From Pyrobaculum aerophilum str. IM2 (GTDB taxonomy: Archaea > Thermoproteota > Thermoprotei > Thermoproteales > Thermoproteaceae): 32,000 nt of DNA. The number at the start of each line of letters is the position of its first letter. Within the stretch, counting starts at the first letter, position 1. A program made the position numbers and the translations under genes. Where the stretch lies: positions 1,500,001 to 1,532,000 of the forward strand of contig NC_003364.1 of assembly GCF_000007225.1 (NCBI RefSeq), given 5' to 3'. Positions 7,704 to 16,461 of this stretch are shown in pieces. The notes beneath the pieces were generated by a model. It was not told the DNA's origin, made no database searches, and saw only the letters and a list, made by a program, of their open reading frames with translations.

Positions 7704-8357
7704 GTGTACGTATTGACGCCCCGTTTTAACTCCTTGCCTATTGGCGACAAGTGCGTAAAGCTAGTTGGGGAAATCCCAGTATTATTAGAGGGGCCGTGCA
7801 AGGGGCGTTATTTAATTATAGAGAGGCGCGGCGTATACGCCTCAGACAAGCCTCTTGCGGAAGCCTCTGTTTTTTACGTCGCGGCTGGGTACCCCAGGAG
7901 AGTAGAGGCGGCTGGCGGCGTATTAATCGCCACAGACGGCTTGGACTTATTCAACGGGTTTACTAAGAGGGGGCTTTGGAGAGAGCTAGAGCCCTCTCTA
8001 CACACAGCGGTGGCGTACTACGCCGGGAGGTGCGCCTACTGTACTGCATATATAGAGGCGGTGTTTAAAATCCCCCCGCGGCCGTATAAATCACCCGGCA
8101 TGGCTGTGGAGGTGGAAAAATCGGGGAAGACGTATAAAGTGGTGGCCGTAGCCGCGCCTGGACATTCCGACGGTTTTAAAACTGCCATTTTGAGGCTTAT
8201 CCGGCAAATATCCTCAATTGAGAGGATATCCCTGGGCATCACAGTGGACGCGCCTTTAGATCTCTACTCGTACTCACAGAGGACGTCTATTCGCAACGAT
8301 ACTCCGCCCGTATACCTCATTCCGCGCCTCAAAGACAGGGAATTTCTCCTGCTTTAA
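7704..8357 (+). CDS. hypothetical protein
   Basis: 217-aa ORF with non-repetitive composition. TATA-like ataaaaattt lies about 50 nt upstream and ttattaataag about 25 nt upstream. No family recognised. Confidence 0.5.
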   Translation: MYVLTPRFNSLPIGDKCVKLVGEIPVLLEGPCKGRYLIIERRGVYASDKPLAEASVFYVAAGYPRRVEAAGGVLIATDGLDLFNGFTKRGLWRELEPSLHTAVAYYAGRCAYCTAYIEAVFKIPPRPYKSPGMAVEVEKSGKTYKVVAVAAPGHSDGFKTAILRLIRQISSIERISLGITVDAPLDLYSYSQRTSIRNDTPPVYLIPRLKDREFLLL

Positions 8358-8571
8358 TTGTGTAGGGAAAAAAGACGATATTTTTAAGGCAAGCGCAGGG
8401 GTTTGCCGGAGGCTGTCTGCCTTCTTGACGCCCAGGGGTGGCGATATGTCCGCCATAGGCCTGGCGTCTTTGGTGAGGCTTGTGGAGTAAAAAGGGGGAT
8501 CTGGTGAGTTTCTTCAACCATGGGGGGAATCCCATTCCTATGAAAAGGGAGTGTGGGAAAAAGGGGGTTTT

Positions 8572-9204
8572 TTAAGATGTTGCCGGAATTACTACTTCTC
8601 CGTACCAGGGACTCCAGCGTGCCCATCTGGGAATGTGGCTAAAAGTGGCGCTTATGCCTATGAATAGGGCTATTACTGCGGCTATTATCAACATGGCGAT
8701 AATTAAATAAGCCGTTGCTTTGCTCCGTTTTAACGCGAGTAGCGGGCTTAACAAGCCGCTCAGGCCTATAAGTATAAACATTGCAGCCGCGATTTCCGGC
8801 TGTCGAGTTAAGTAGAAGTACCCTATTGCTACTCCGTAGACGAAAATAGGGAGCGACAAGCCGGCATAGAAGTAAGTGAGGACTTTATGAAACGCGTTGA
8901 ACCAAGAGGACAGCCCGAGGCTTATTAACACGACGCCTAAAAGCGGCCAGGAGTCTGAGAACAATATGTTGTAGGGGCCGGGCAGCGGCCAGACGGCCGT
9001 GGCCCATACGCCTGTGGCCAGTATGTACACGCCCAGTCCCACTGCCCCAGCTCCAAACGCCTTATTAAACCCGTCTTCCGCTTGTTTTACAAAATTTTTG
9101 TACACCCAGTAGGCGATTATAAAAAGCGTAACGCCGAGGATTTGTAGCCAGAGATCTAGAGGATCCACAAACAGTGTTATTTGTTGTTGAGCTTGGAGTT
9201 CCAT
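8572..9204 (-). CDS. polytopic membrane protein (possibly DUF981-like)
   Basis: 210 aa with about 6 hydrophobic segments. An AT-rich TATA region lies 18-31 nt upstream on the - strand. The family assignment is from memory and uncertain. Confidence 0.6.
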   Translation of the reverse strand: MELQAQQQITLFVDPLDLWLQILGVTLFIIAYWVYKNFVKQAEDGFNKAFGAGAVGLGVYILATGVWATAVWPLPGPYNILFSDSWPLLGVVLISLGLSSWFNAFHKVLTYFYAGLSLPIFVYGVAIGYFYLTRQPEIAAAMFILIGLSGLLSPLLALKRSKATAYLIIAMLIIAAVIALFIGISATFSHIPRWARWSPWYGEVVIPATS

Positions 9205-9400
9205 GTGGGGAGTTCCGTGTATTACATTTATTTCTTGCTATACATTTTGTACAGAGTTGTACAGTGCAAAATTTACAGATTATTAAAATACAATTAAGAA
9301 CTAAAAGTATATATAAGACTCTATTCTATATTGCTATTATTCACTGACTTCTTTAGAGTTAAGAACAGGTTTAAATATACCCAGCGGCTAATATGAAATT

Positions 9401-9892
9401 ATGGAATACCGAGTAGTGGCTTATTTGGCGGTGTTCACAGGCCTTGGACTTGCCTTGGCCCCCCTCAGTTTTCCAGTCGGGCCCACAAGGGCTTTTCCAG
9501 GACAGCATTTTGTAAACGGGGTGGCGGGCGTTGTAATAGGCCCCTGGGCCTTAGCTGTTGCTTTTCTCATATCGCTAATTAGAAATATGCTGGGCCTCGG
9601 CACAGTCTTCGCCTTTCCCGGTAGCATCCCCGGAGCACTGGTTGTGTGGCTTGCGGCTACGGCATTGAGGAGATTCGGCAAGGCGCATTACGCCCCGCTT
9701 TTTGAGCCGCTGGGGACTCTGGGGCTGGGCTTTCCCGCCGCGGCTTACGTAGTGGCGCCGTTGTTAGGCGTTGGCGAGAGGTTTATAACGGGACTCATAC
9801 CGATCTTCATCGGCTGGGCCGCCTCCACTATTACTGGCAGCATCGCGGCTTTTTTCGTGGCCGTTGCGTTGAGGAGGCTTGGCAGGCTATAG
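9401..9892 (+). CDS. thiW: ECF-transporter substrate-capture (S) component, ThiW-like (thiazole/thiamine precursor)
   Basis: 163-aa membrane protein with about 5-6 TM segments. It resembles ThiW (FPVGPTRAFPGQHFVNGVAGVVIGPW...FPGSIPGAL). It sits upstream of the ECF A and T components and thiDN. TATA tttaaatata lies 22-30 nt upstream. Confidence 0.7.
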   Translation: MEYRVVAYLAVFTGLGLALAPLSFPVGPTRAFPGQHFVNGVAGVVIGPWALAVAFLISLIRNMLGLGTVFAFPGSIPGALVVWLAATALRRFGKAHYAPLFEPLGTLGLGFPAAAYVVAPLLGVGERFITGLIPIFIGWAASTITGSIAAFFVAVALRRLGRL

Positions 9893-10388
9893 GCTCTTAA
9901 TAGTGGGGGAGGCGGGGAGCGGGAAGACGTTGTTACTTTCAAAAATAATAAGTATAATAACCGCTCTGGGAGTTCCAGCCACGGTGGTGGACTTGGCGCC
10001 TGAAAAGGGGGGAGTCGGCGCGAAACTTGCGAGGTATTTAGACGTGGGCGCGTTGCGCTATTTCACTGACGATTTTCGCGCCCCGCGGATAGAGGGGAGA
10101 GACGCAGAGGAAGAGCTGGCCCTCGCTAGGGCAAACGCGGCGAGGGCTGAGGCATTGTTAAAGAGGTATTTAGAAGAGCCCACCCCCGTCCTCGCCGTCA
10201 ATGACGTCACAATATATCTACACGCAGGCAGTCTGGAGTTTCTCCTAGATGTGGCCGAGAGGGCAGAGGTGTTCTTGGCGACTGCGTATTACGGCTCGAG
10301 GCTGAGGGATAAGGGGTCTGGGATAGCTGAAAGGGAGAGGCGCGCGGTTGAGGAGCTGATGAAAATCTGCGATGTCTTCCGCCTATGA
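9879..10388 (+). CDS. small P-loop NTPase of unknown function (distantly GPN-loop/Clp1-like N-terminus)
   Basis: 169 aa from a TTG start. Walker A is IVGEAGSGKT, followed by VVDLAPE. It overlaps the thiW stop by 14 nt and the ecfA start by 4 nt (ATGA). Confidence 0.55.
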   Translation: MAGYRLLIVGEAGSGKTLLLSKIISIITALGVPATVVDLAPEKGGVGAKLARYLDVGALRYFTDDFRAPRIEGRDAEEELALARANAARAEALLKRYLEEPTPVLAVNDVTIYLHAGSLEFLLDVAERAEVFLATAYYGSRLRDKGSGIAERERRAVEELMKICDVFRL

Positions 10389-11482
10389 TTTGGGCGAAGT
10401 GCCTCACTGTGTATGCAGGGGGGAGGGCGGTGGTGGAATGCGCCGATTTTGAAGTCAAGCCCGGGGAGCTGGCGGTTTTCTACGGCCCAACCGGCGGGGG
10501 GAAGTCCAGTATTGTGAAGGCCCTGGCAGGGATTTATAAAAGCGACGGCGAGTACCGGGCGGAGCGTCCATACTTTATTTTTCAAGACGTGGATTTTAAT
10601 TTAGTCTTCGCCTACACGGACGAGGAGGTGAGATCTGTGGCTTGTAGACAGACGGAGCGCCTTGAGATCTCTAAGCTGTCAATGGGCCAGCGCCAGTTGC
10701 TGGCGCTTAGGCTAGCTCTAGAGTCGGGGGCCAAGTCTGTGATACTAGACGAGCCCCTGGCCTTTCTAGATCCCGGCACTGCGATAAAAGTGGCGAGTGC
10801 TGTGAAAGAGCTTAGAGATGCCGGGATTAGCGTTTTAGTCGCCGAGCACAGGCTGGAGTTTTTCCTAGACGCCGATCGTTTTTACTTAGTGGATAGGGGA
10901 GTTCAAGAGCTGGGTTTTGACGACTTGCTTATAACTGCGTCGAGGAGGGGATACGGCCCTTATTTTACAAGACACTGGGAGAGGCCCTTCCCAATTCCAA
11001 AAGGCCGCGGTTGCGAAGTGATAATTCGCTGGATGAAATACCCGCCGGGGTCTAAAATAGCGCTTATGGGGCCCGTGGGCTCCGGCAAGACTTACACGCT
11101 GTACGCCCTCGCCGGGGTTGTGAAAATGGAGGGCGTCAGGGGCTGTCGCCCGGTGGGCTTCGTGCCCCAGAATCCCTACCTCTACTTCGGCGATATTGAT
11201 TTGTCGAAAGCGCCGCGGGAGGTTTTGCAGTGGGCGGGGCTTGACCGCTCGGCAAGTCCCCTCCGCCTATCATACGGCGAGGCTAGGCTGTTGGCAGTGT
11301 TGTGGGAGGTTTGGAAAAGGCCGAGGCTTCTCTTAATTGACGAGCCCACCGCCGGAGTTGACAGGAGGTACGCAGAGGCCCTGGGGGAGGTAATTGCTAA
11401 CTACGGCGGAACGGTGGTCTTCGCAACCCACGATCCCATCTTCGCCGAGAGATATGCAGAGTATAAAATTCGGATTGGGTAG
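10385..11482 (+). CDS. fused, compact ECF-type ABC ATPase (EcfA-EcfA' in one 365-aa chain)
   Basis: Two complete ABC motif sets are present. Set 1 is GPTGGGKSS / FQD / LSMGQRQ / VILDEP / AEHR. Set 2 is GPVGSGKT / PQNP / LSYGEAR / LLLIDEP / ATHD. Confidence 0.85.
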   Translation: MIWAKCLTVYAGGRAVVECADFEVKPGELAVFYGPTGGGKSSIVKALAGIYKSDGEYRAERPYFIFQDVDFNLVFAYTDEEVRSVACRQTERLEISKLSMGQRQLLALRLALESGAKSVILDEPLAFLDPGTAIKVASAVKELRDAGISVLVAEHRLEFFLDADRFYLVDRGVQELGFDDLLITASRRGYGPYFTRHWERPFPIPKGRGCEVIIRWMKYPPGSKIALMGPVGSGKTYTLYALAGVVKMEGVRGCRPVGFVPQNPYLYFGDIDLSKAPREVLQWAGLDRSASPLRLSYGEARLLAVLWEVWKRPRLLLIDEPTAGVDRRYAEALGEVIANYGGTVVFATHDPIFAERYAEYKIRIG

Positions 11483-12047
11483 AGCCCTCCTCCTACTATA
11501 CCTCTGGCTAGACTCCTCCTCCCTCGCGACGCTCATACCGCTGTCACTAGTGAGGGCTGAGGTGTTGAAAACCGCGGGGGTATTCACAGCGTTTTTCTTC
11601 CTCTTCTCGCTTATATCAGCCCCCGTCGCCGACGCCCTACGCGTTTCGCTGATACTTTTCAAAAACCTACTGGCAATCGGCCTACTTTTTCGCCTGCTAG
11701 AGCCGGGGGAGGTGGCCTGGCTGCTGGAGAAACTGGGGGCGAGGGGCGCCTCTGCATACATCCTCGTCCTTTCCCTAAGGTCTGGGGATGTCCTCTCCAG
11801 AGAGGTGAAGGCCTTTGTCGCGGCGCAGAGGGCCAAGGGGGCGGGCAACGTCGCCGCGCTTTTAAAAATCGCGCTCCCGCTGGTTGTATACGCCTTAGAC
11901 TACGCGGAGTACTTAGCGATTCAGCTGAGGCAACGAAATTTTAAATGCCTCTCGGAAAAGCCCCAATTGTTCAGCAAATGGGACGTGTTAATAATCGCGG
12001 CAGTTGCCGCCGCGTTTTTACTCTCCGCGGCCAGCGGGGGCTTGTAG
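11454..12047 (+). CDS. ECF transporter transmembrane (T) component, CbiQ/EcfT-like
   Basis: The ORF track gives 11394..12047. The ATG at 11454 (MQSIKFGLG...) is the plausible start. It is a hydrophobic protein with LGARGAS and AAQRAKG, matching the Ala-Arg-Gly coupling motifs of EcfT. Confidence 0.65.
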   Translation: MQSIKFGLGRALLLLYLWLDSSSLATLIPLSLVRAEVLKTAGVFTAFFFLFSLISAPVADALRVSLILFKNLLAIGLLFRLLEPGEVAWLLEKLGARGASAYILVLSLRSGDVLSREVKAFVAAQRAKGAGNVAALLKIALPLVVYALDYAEYLAIQLRQRNFKCLSEKPQLFSKWDVLIIAAVAAAFLLSAASGGL

Positions 12048-12124
12048 TTGCCCCCACGCCTTTCTGACTGCTGTCCCCCAGTAGCTTGATAAAAATTTTT
12101 TAATGTAATGTCAATTTTGAATTT

Positions 12125-13474
12125 ATGTGGAGAGTTGCAATAACAATAGCCGGCCTTGACTCAGGCGGCGGCGCCGGCATTCACGCTGATATAAAAACCT
12201 TTGCCGCTATGGGCGTTCACGGAGCAACCGCCCTTACATGCGTCACGGCTCAAAACACATATGAGGTGAGAGAGGCCCAGTGTCTAAGCCCCCAGTTGGT
12301 AAGGGCTCAGATAATGGCCGTTTGGGACGACATGGGGATTGACGCCGGGAAGACGGGGATGCTGGGCACTAGGGAGATAATTGAAGAAGTGGCGTCTGTG
12401 GTCGGCAAACTGGGCTTCCCCCTAGTGGTCGACCCAGTAATGGTGGCTAAGTCTGGGGCTCCCCTCATTTCTGAAGACGCCGTGGATGTTTTAAAGAGGA
12501 GGCTACTCCCCGTGGCCAAAGTGGTTACTCCCAATAAACCAGAGGCGGAGAAGCTCACGGGGATGAAAATAGCCTCTGTTAATGACGCCGAGAAGGCCGC
12601 GGAGTTTATCCACAAGGAGTACGGCACGGAGATCGTGGTGGTTAAGGGAGGGCATTTAGAGGGCGGCGAGGCGATCGACGTGGTGTATTACAGGGGATCT
12701 TTCCATAAGTTCTCAACCCCGCGCCTAGAGTCCAGGGCAACGCACGGCACTGGTTGCGCGTTCTCCGCCGCCATAGCCGCCGGCCTCGCCAAAGGGCTTG
12801 ACCCTCTGGAGGCCATAAAGACGGCAAAACAGTTTATATACACAGCCATTAAATACGGCGTCGCCAAGGGCAAAGGGCACTGGCCGGTAAACCCAACGGC
12901 GTGGGTTGAAATCCCCGCGGAGAGGTGGAGGGCATATGAGGAGCTGAGAGCCGCGTTGGAGGCCATAAGGAAAAACGCCGCCCTTTTCGCCAAGGCAATC
13001 CCAGAAGTTCAGAGCAATTTGGGCTACGTCATAGATCCCCGTTACGCTGTTGATGTAAATGACGTCGTTGCCGTGCCAGGCCGTATTGTGAATTACATGG
13101 GCGAGGCGAGGCCCTCGGGGCCTCCCGCCTTCGGCGCCAGTAGTCACACTGCGCGTAAAATCTTGGCCCTAGTGGGCAAGGATCCAAACGCCAGGTCTGC
13201 TATGAACATTAAGTACAGCCCAGAGCTCGTGGAGAGGGCGAGGGCCCTCGGCTACAAAATCGCCGTGGTGGACCGCAGGAAAGAGCCAGAGGAGGCGAAG
13301 AAAATAGAGGGCGGTTCTATGAAGTGGGTAGTGGGAGAGGCCCTTTCCCAAACCGGAGGGACGGCGCCGGACATTATCGTGGATTTAGGCGACTGGGGCA
13401 AAGAGCCGCAGATTACAGTAGTGGGGAGGACGCCCACTGAAGTGGTGGAAAAAGTTCTCCGCCTATTGAGTTAA
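12125..13474 (+). CDS. thiDN: bifunctional ThiD-ThiN (HMP/HMP-P kinase fused to archaeal thiamine-phosphate synthase domain)
   Basis: 449 aa. The N-terminal half is ThiD-like: IAGLDSGGGAGIHADIKTF, VVDPVMVAKSG, TPN..EAE.L, GTGCAFSAAIAAGLA. The C-terminal roughly 180 aa has the ThiN-type layout. Confidence 0.88.
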   Translation: MWRVAITIAGLDSGGGAGIHADIKTFAAMGVHGATALTCVTAQNTYEVREAQCLSPQLVRAQIMAVWDDMGIDAGKTGMLGTREIIEEVASVVGKLGFPLVVDPVMVAKSGAPLISEDAVDVLKRRLLPVAKVVTPNKPEAEKLTGMKIASVNDAEKAAEFIHKEYGTEIVVVKGGHLEGGEAIDVVYYRGSFHKFSTPRLESRATHGTGCAFSAAIAAGLAKGLDPLEAIKTAKQFIYTAIKYGVAKGKGHWPVNPTAWVEIPAERWRAYEELRAALEAIRKNAALFAKAIPEVQSNLGYVIDPRYAVDVNDVVAVPGRIVNYMGEARPSGPPAFGASSHTARKILALVGKDPNARSAMNIKYSPELVERARALGYKIAVVDRRKEPEEAKKIEGGSMKWVVGEALSQTGGTAPDIIVDLGDWGKEPQITVVGRTPTEVVEKVLRLLS

Positions 13475-13499
13475 GGCCCTCCCCGCTAGTAGGCCGTTT

Positions 13500-14225
13500 T
13501 TAAATACGGCTTTTGCGAATTTCGGCGAGCAGGGGGATTTCCGCCAGCATTTCCTCCGTTACGTGCTCCCAGAAAATTCCCCTTGGCTTTTTGTCAACTC
13601 TTTTCACGGCAATTAAGCGCGTAGGCGTGGCGATAAAATCGACGGGGAGGTCGAAGGGCTCTTTAGGTATGTCCTCTTCCACTAACTGGACGTCGTGGAC
13701 AGTGGTGGCCACTGGCGTGTCCTCGCCCACTTTGTCAAAAGTGGAGAGGATGCCCCACTCAATTTCCGCATATCCGTGGGATTTGCCGAGCCTCCTGCCG
13801 TTTTTTGGATTGACAGCCACGGAGCCAATTATGACGAGGTCTATTTTGGGCAGTTCCCACGGCTTGACCGGCCTGCCCCATTTAAAAGCCCCGCTTATTG
13901 TCGACGCCTCACCGTAAGCCTCCCTTGGGATTAATAGGGGGTCGAGGAGTAGAAACCCCTCTCTTATTCTAGGAGTTGGCATTACTACTTTCTTCCCCGC
14001 GCGCAGAGAGATCTCGCGGCAGGGCCTTTGGGGGGCGTCTGGATTTATCTTGACTACCTCCGCCCTTTGTATTAAATGTAGAATATTGGCGCAAGCCCTA
14101 TCTGCGCCCTTGAAATTCGGTATCCTCCCGTGCACGGGGCGGGGGAAGGCGGCGATATTCATCTCCTCCATTAATCGCCATATTCTCTCCCTTATCGCCA
14201 TTTTCGCCTCCTTGGCCATTGACAT
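13500..14225 (-). CDS. 5-formyltetrahydrofolate cyclo-ligase family protein
   Basis: 241 aa. The sequence IRERIWRLMEE...FPRPVHGRIPNFKGA...VKINPDAPQRP....GKKVVMPTP is consistent with archaeal MTHFS-like (COG0212) proteins. Confidence 0.6.
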   Translation of the reverse strand: MSMAKEAKMAIRERIWRLMEEMNIAAFPRPVHGRIPNFKGADRACANILHLIQRAEVVKINPDAPQRPCREISLRAGKKVVMPTPRIREGFLLLDPLLIPREAYGEASTISGAFKWGRPVKPWELPKIDLVIIGSVAVNPKNGRRLGKSHGYAEIEWGILSTFDKVGEDTPVATTVHDVQLVEEDIPKEPFDLPVDFIATPTRLIAVKRVDKKPRGIFWEHVTEEMLAEIPLLAEIRKSRI

Positions 14226-14263
14226 AAAGGCAAATTATTTTTAAATGGGTTTTGGGGAAGATC

Positions 14264-15112
14264 GTGAGTTGGACAAAGGCGCTTCTCCTGGCGTTGGCCA
14301 TCCCCGCGTGGGCCTTCGCGGCCTCAGAGGCCGTCGCCTTGTACCTCGACGGCGTAATTGACGGCACTGCCGTGACGCTGGCGAGCGCCGCCCTTGCGGA
14401 GGCCCAGCGCCTCCATCTACCCCTAGTAGTTATAATTGACACCTACGGGGGCTTCCTTGCCCCGATGGATCAGATAGTGGAGATGTTCTTAAACGCGGGA
14501 GTTCCAGTATACGCCTATATTCCCGATGGGGCTAAGGCCATGTCCGCAGGCGCCTTTATAGCCATGTCGGCTAGGAAGATATACATGGCCCCAACGGCGG
14601 AGATAGGCGCAGCTGAGCCGAGGCCGCCAGACCCAAAAGTGGTTAACTACGCGGCGGCGCGGATGAGGGCTCTGGCGTCTACTAAGTGGAACGACACCAG
14701 GTTGTACATCGCGGAGTCGTTTGTGAGAGAGAATAGGGTTTTAACAGGCGCCGAGGCTGCGAGGCTCGGCATGGCGGAGCCCCCTCCGCCCGATGGGTGG
14801 AACTTCGTCTCTGTGCTTCGCCGCGATCCCCTCTCTCGGCTTTTAAACGCCTTGTCAGACCCTGCGTTGATCTCGCTGATGCTTTTATTGGGAGTCGTGC
14901 TGATAGGCTATGAGCTCTTTGCTAGCGGCTTCCAGGGAGTAGGCGTGATAGGCGGAGTATTGTTAGTCTTGGCGTTCTACCTTTTGGGCCAACTGGGCTC
15001 TGAGTGGCTCTGGGCCGCCCTGGCCCTCGGGGGCGCCGTCTTAATCGCTGCGGAGATGTTCGCAGTGTTGAGCTTCTTCCAGGCCTTTTTAAAAGGGGAA
15101 GAAAAGCGTTAA
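14264..15112 (+). CDS. NfeD-type membrane-bound ClpP-class serine protease, apparently lacking the C-terminal OB domain
   Basis: The ORF track starts at TTG 14252. GTG 14264 gives a signal-like SWTKALLLALAIPAWAFA and lies 18-32 nt downstream of a TATA-like sequence. The protease core is VVIIDTYGGFL...AMSAGAFIAMSA.KIYMAP...IGAAEP, followed by TM helices. Confidence 0.8.
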   Translation: MSWTKALLLALAIPAWAFAASEAVALYLDGVIDGTAVTLASAALAEAQRLHLPLVVIIDTYGGFLAPMDQIVEMFLNAGVPVYAYIPDGAKAMSAGAFIAMSARKIYMAPTAEIGAAEPRPPDPKVVNYAAARMRALASTKWNDTRLYIAESFVRENRVLTGAEAARLGMAEPPPPDGWNFVSVLRRDPLSRLLNALSDPALISLMLLLGVVLIGYELFASGFQGVGVIGGVLLVLAFYLLGQLGSEWLWAALALGGAVLIAAEMFAVLSFFQAFLKGEEKR

Positions 15113-16191
15113 CACCTTAACGACTGAAGGGCTGTGCGCAAGACGGGATCCGGCACGAGGTAGATCTCGCCTCTTTTTTCTAAAAAACCGTAGTCGACGA
15201 GGTTTTTTAACAATTTAGTAACCTCGTAGTCTGTAATAGGCTTGCCCTCAACTGCCTGTAAATATCTCTTAACCTCAGACCACCTTGCCCCGTTTTTACA
15301 CACCTTAGCCACGTGGATATACCTCTGGGATCCCATGTATTGGACAAAATTACAGAACTCCGCGGCGGCGAGCCTTGCGGCATATTCAAGAGTCTCTTCC
15401 AAGGCGCTGTCGGGCTTTTTGACAGCCCTAAGCCCAAAATAGGCCAGCCAACCCACCACGCCGTCTAGCTCGTCGACGGCTCTGTCAATGAGCTCCCGGC
15501 TCACGCGCACTCCAGCCTCTTCAAAACCCTTTGTGAGAAATTGGACTGAAAGCTCTCTGGAGAAAGGCCCCAGTTCAATTTTCTCAAAATATCTCCCAAA
15601 TAGCGGACTGTGGGGGTCTTCAAGCCTCAAGAATCGTAACAACAGCCCGGCCTTAGACCCCGTGAATACCATTGAGATATTCCGCAAGTTGTCATAAGCA
15701 TATCCCAGCGGCGGCAGTAGGGTCCTCCCCCGTAGTTTCGCCAGCTCCTGTGCCTCGTCAATTATAAGAACTAGCCTCTCTCCCTGTTCGCGTGCCCACT
15801 GGTCAAAGGCCTCGAGAATCTCGGCAAAACTGGGGGCGTTCCGCCCAATTTCAAATTTCACATCTACTCCGGCGACAGATACTCCCCTGATTTTGGACAG
15901 CAACTCTCCCAGCCTCTTGTGCAGGGGGAGTAGGCGTCTAAGCTCTTTTCTCAACGCCTCAAGTAAATCTCCGTATGAGATATACCTCTTCTCTTCGAAA
16001 TACCTTGCATCAATGTATATCCTCAACTTGCCGTAGGTTGCCGCTTTAACTACAGAGGTCTTTCCCACTCTCCTCATGCCGAGAATTAAAGTCAGCGCTG
16101 AGGAGTTCACAGCGTTTAATAAACGCCTCACCTCTTCCTCTCTGTCAAATAGCTCTTCTAACCTCTCCGCAGGTCTGTCCCTAAACAACAT
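15109..16191 (-). CDS. archaeal ATPase (PF01637 Arch_ATPase-type AAA) with C-terminal DUF234-like winged-helix region
   Basis: 360 aa. It has FRDR..ELEELFDREEE, Walker A GMRRVGKTS and Walker B LVLIIDEAQEL. The C-terminal region has the helical/wHTH-like layout typical of this family. Confidence 0.85.
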   Translation of the reverse strand: MLFRDRPAERLEELFDREEEVRRLLNAVNSSALTLILGMRRVGKTSVVKAATYGKLRIYIDARYFEEKRYISYGDLLEALRKELRRLLPLHKRLGELLSKIRGVSVAGVDVKFEIGRNAPSFAEILEAFDQWAREQGERLVLIIDEAQELAKLRGRTLLPPLGYAYDNLRNISMVFTGSKAGLLLRFLRLEDPHSPLFGRYFEKIELGPFSRELSVQFLTKGFEEAGVRVSRELIDRAVDELDGVVGWLAYFGLRAVKKPDSALEETLEYAARLAAAEFCNFVQYMGSQRYIHVAKVCKNGARWSEVKRYLQAVEGKPITDYEVTKLLKNLVDYGFLEKRGEIYLVPDPVLRTALQSLRC

Positions 16192-16216
16192 AGGTATGTA
16201 GTTACTACATACCTAT
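16190..16216. promoter_or_regulatory. perfect 13+1+13 palindrome overlapping the start codon and TATA box of the Arch_ATPase gene
   Basis: The sequence ataggtatgtagt-t-actacatacctat spans 16190-16216. The ATG of the - strand gene is at 16189-16191. A TATA-like tttata (- strand, 16214-19) overlaps the outer arm. Confidence 0.6.
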
Positions 16217-16461
16217 AAAGTTTATGAAGAGATTAAAGGCGACTAACGCCCGCCAAGCGTATGCCGTTGGGCTTTCATAAGCCAGATATTTTCGGTTCTC
16301 AATTCCCGCTGAGATCTGCGAAGCTTGACCTCAGGCAGATGTCTTGCGCCGGTAGTTTCTAATGCGTTGCAAATAGAGGCTTGCGCAATTAACAACTCGC
16401 GCGGCGTCAATACTCTCTCTGTCTAAAATTTGAGATTAAAACCACAGCCTCTGTTGACTAC

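Noticed and set aside
8436-8482. An imperfect hairpin, gacgcccagg…cctggcgtc with an inner ggcg/cgcc stem, lies between the convergent genes 7704-8357 and 8572-9204.
   Set aside because: It could be a terminator-like structure or coincidental GC-rich complementarity. Archaeal termination mainly uses T tracts, and there is no evidence for a discrete RNA gene.
9205-9400. A TPP riboswitch might lie upstream of thiW.
   Set aside because: The conserved TPP-riboswitch core elements (CUGAGA and the pyrimidine-sensing helix) are not present, and the gene appears leaderless. TATA lies 22-30 nt upstream of the ATG, leaving no room for a 5' UTR aptamer.
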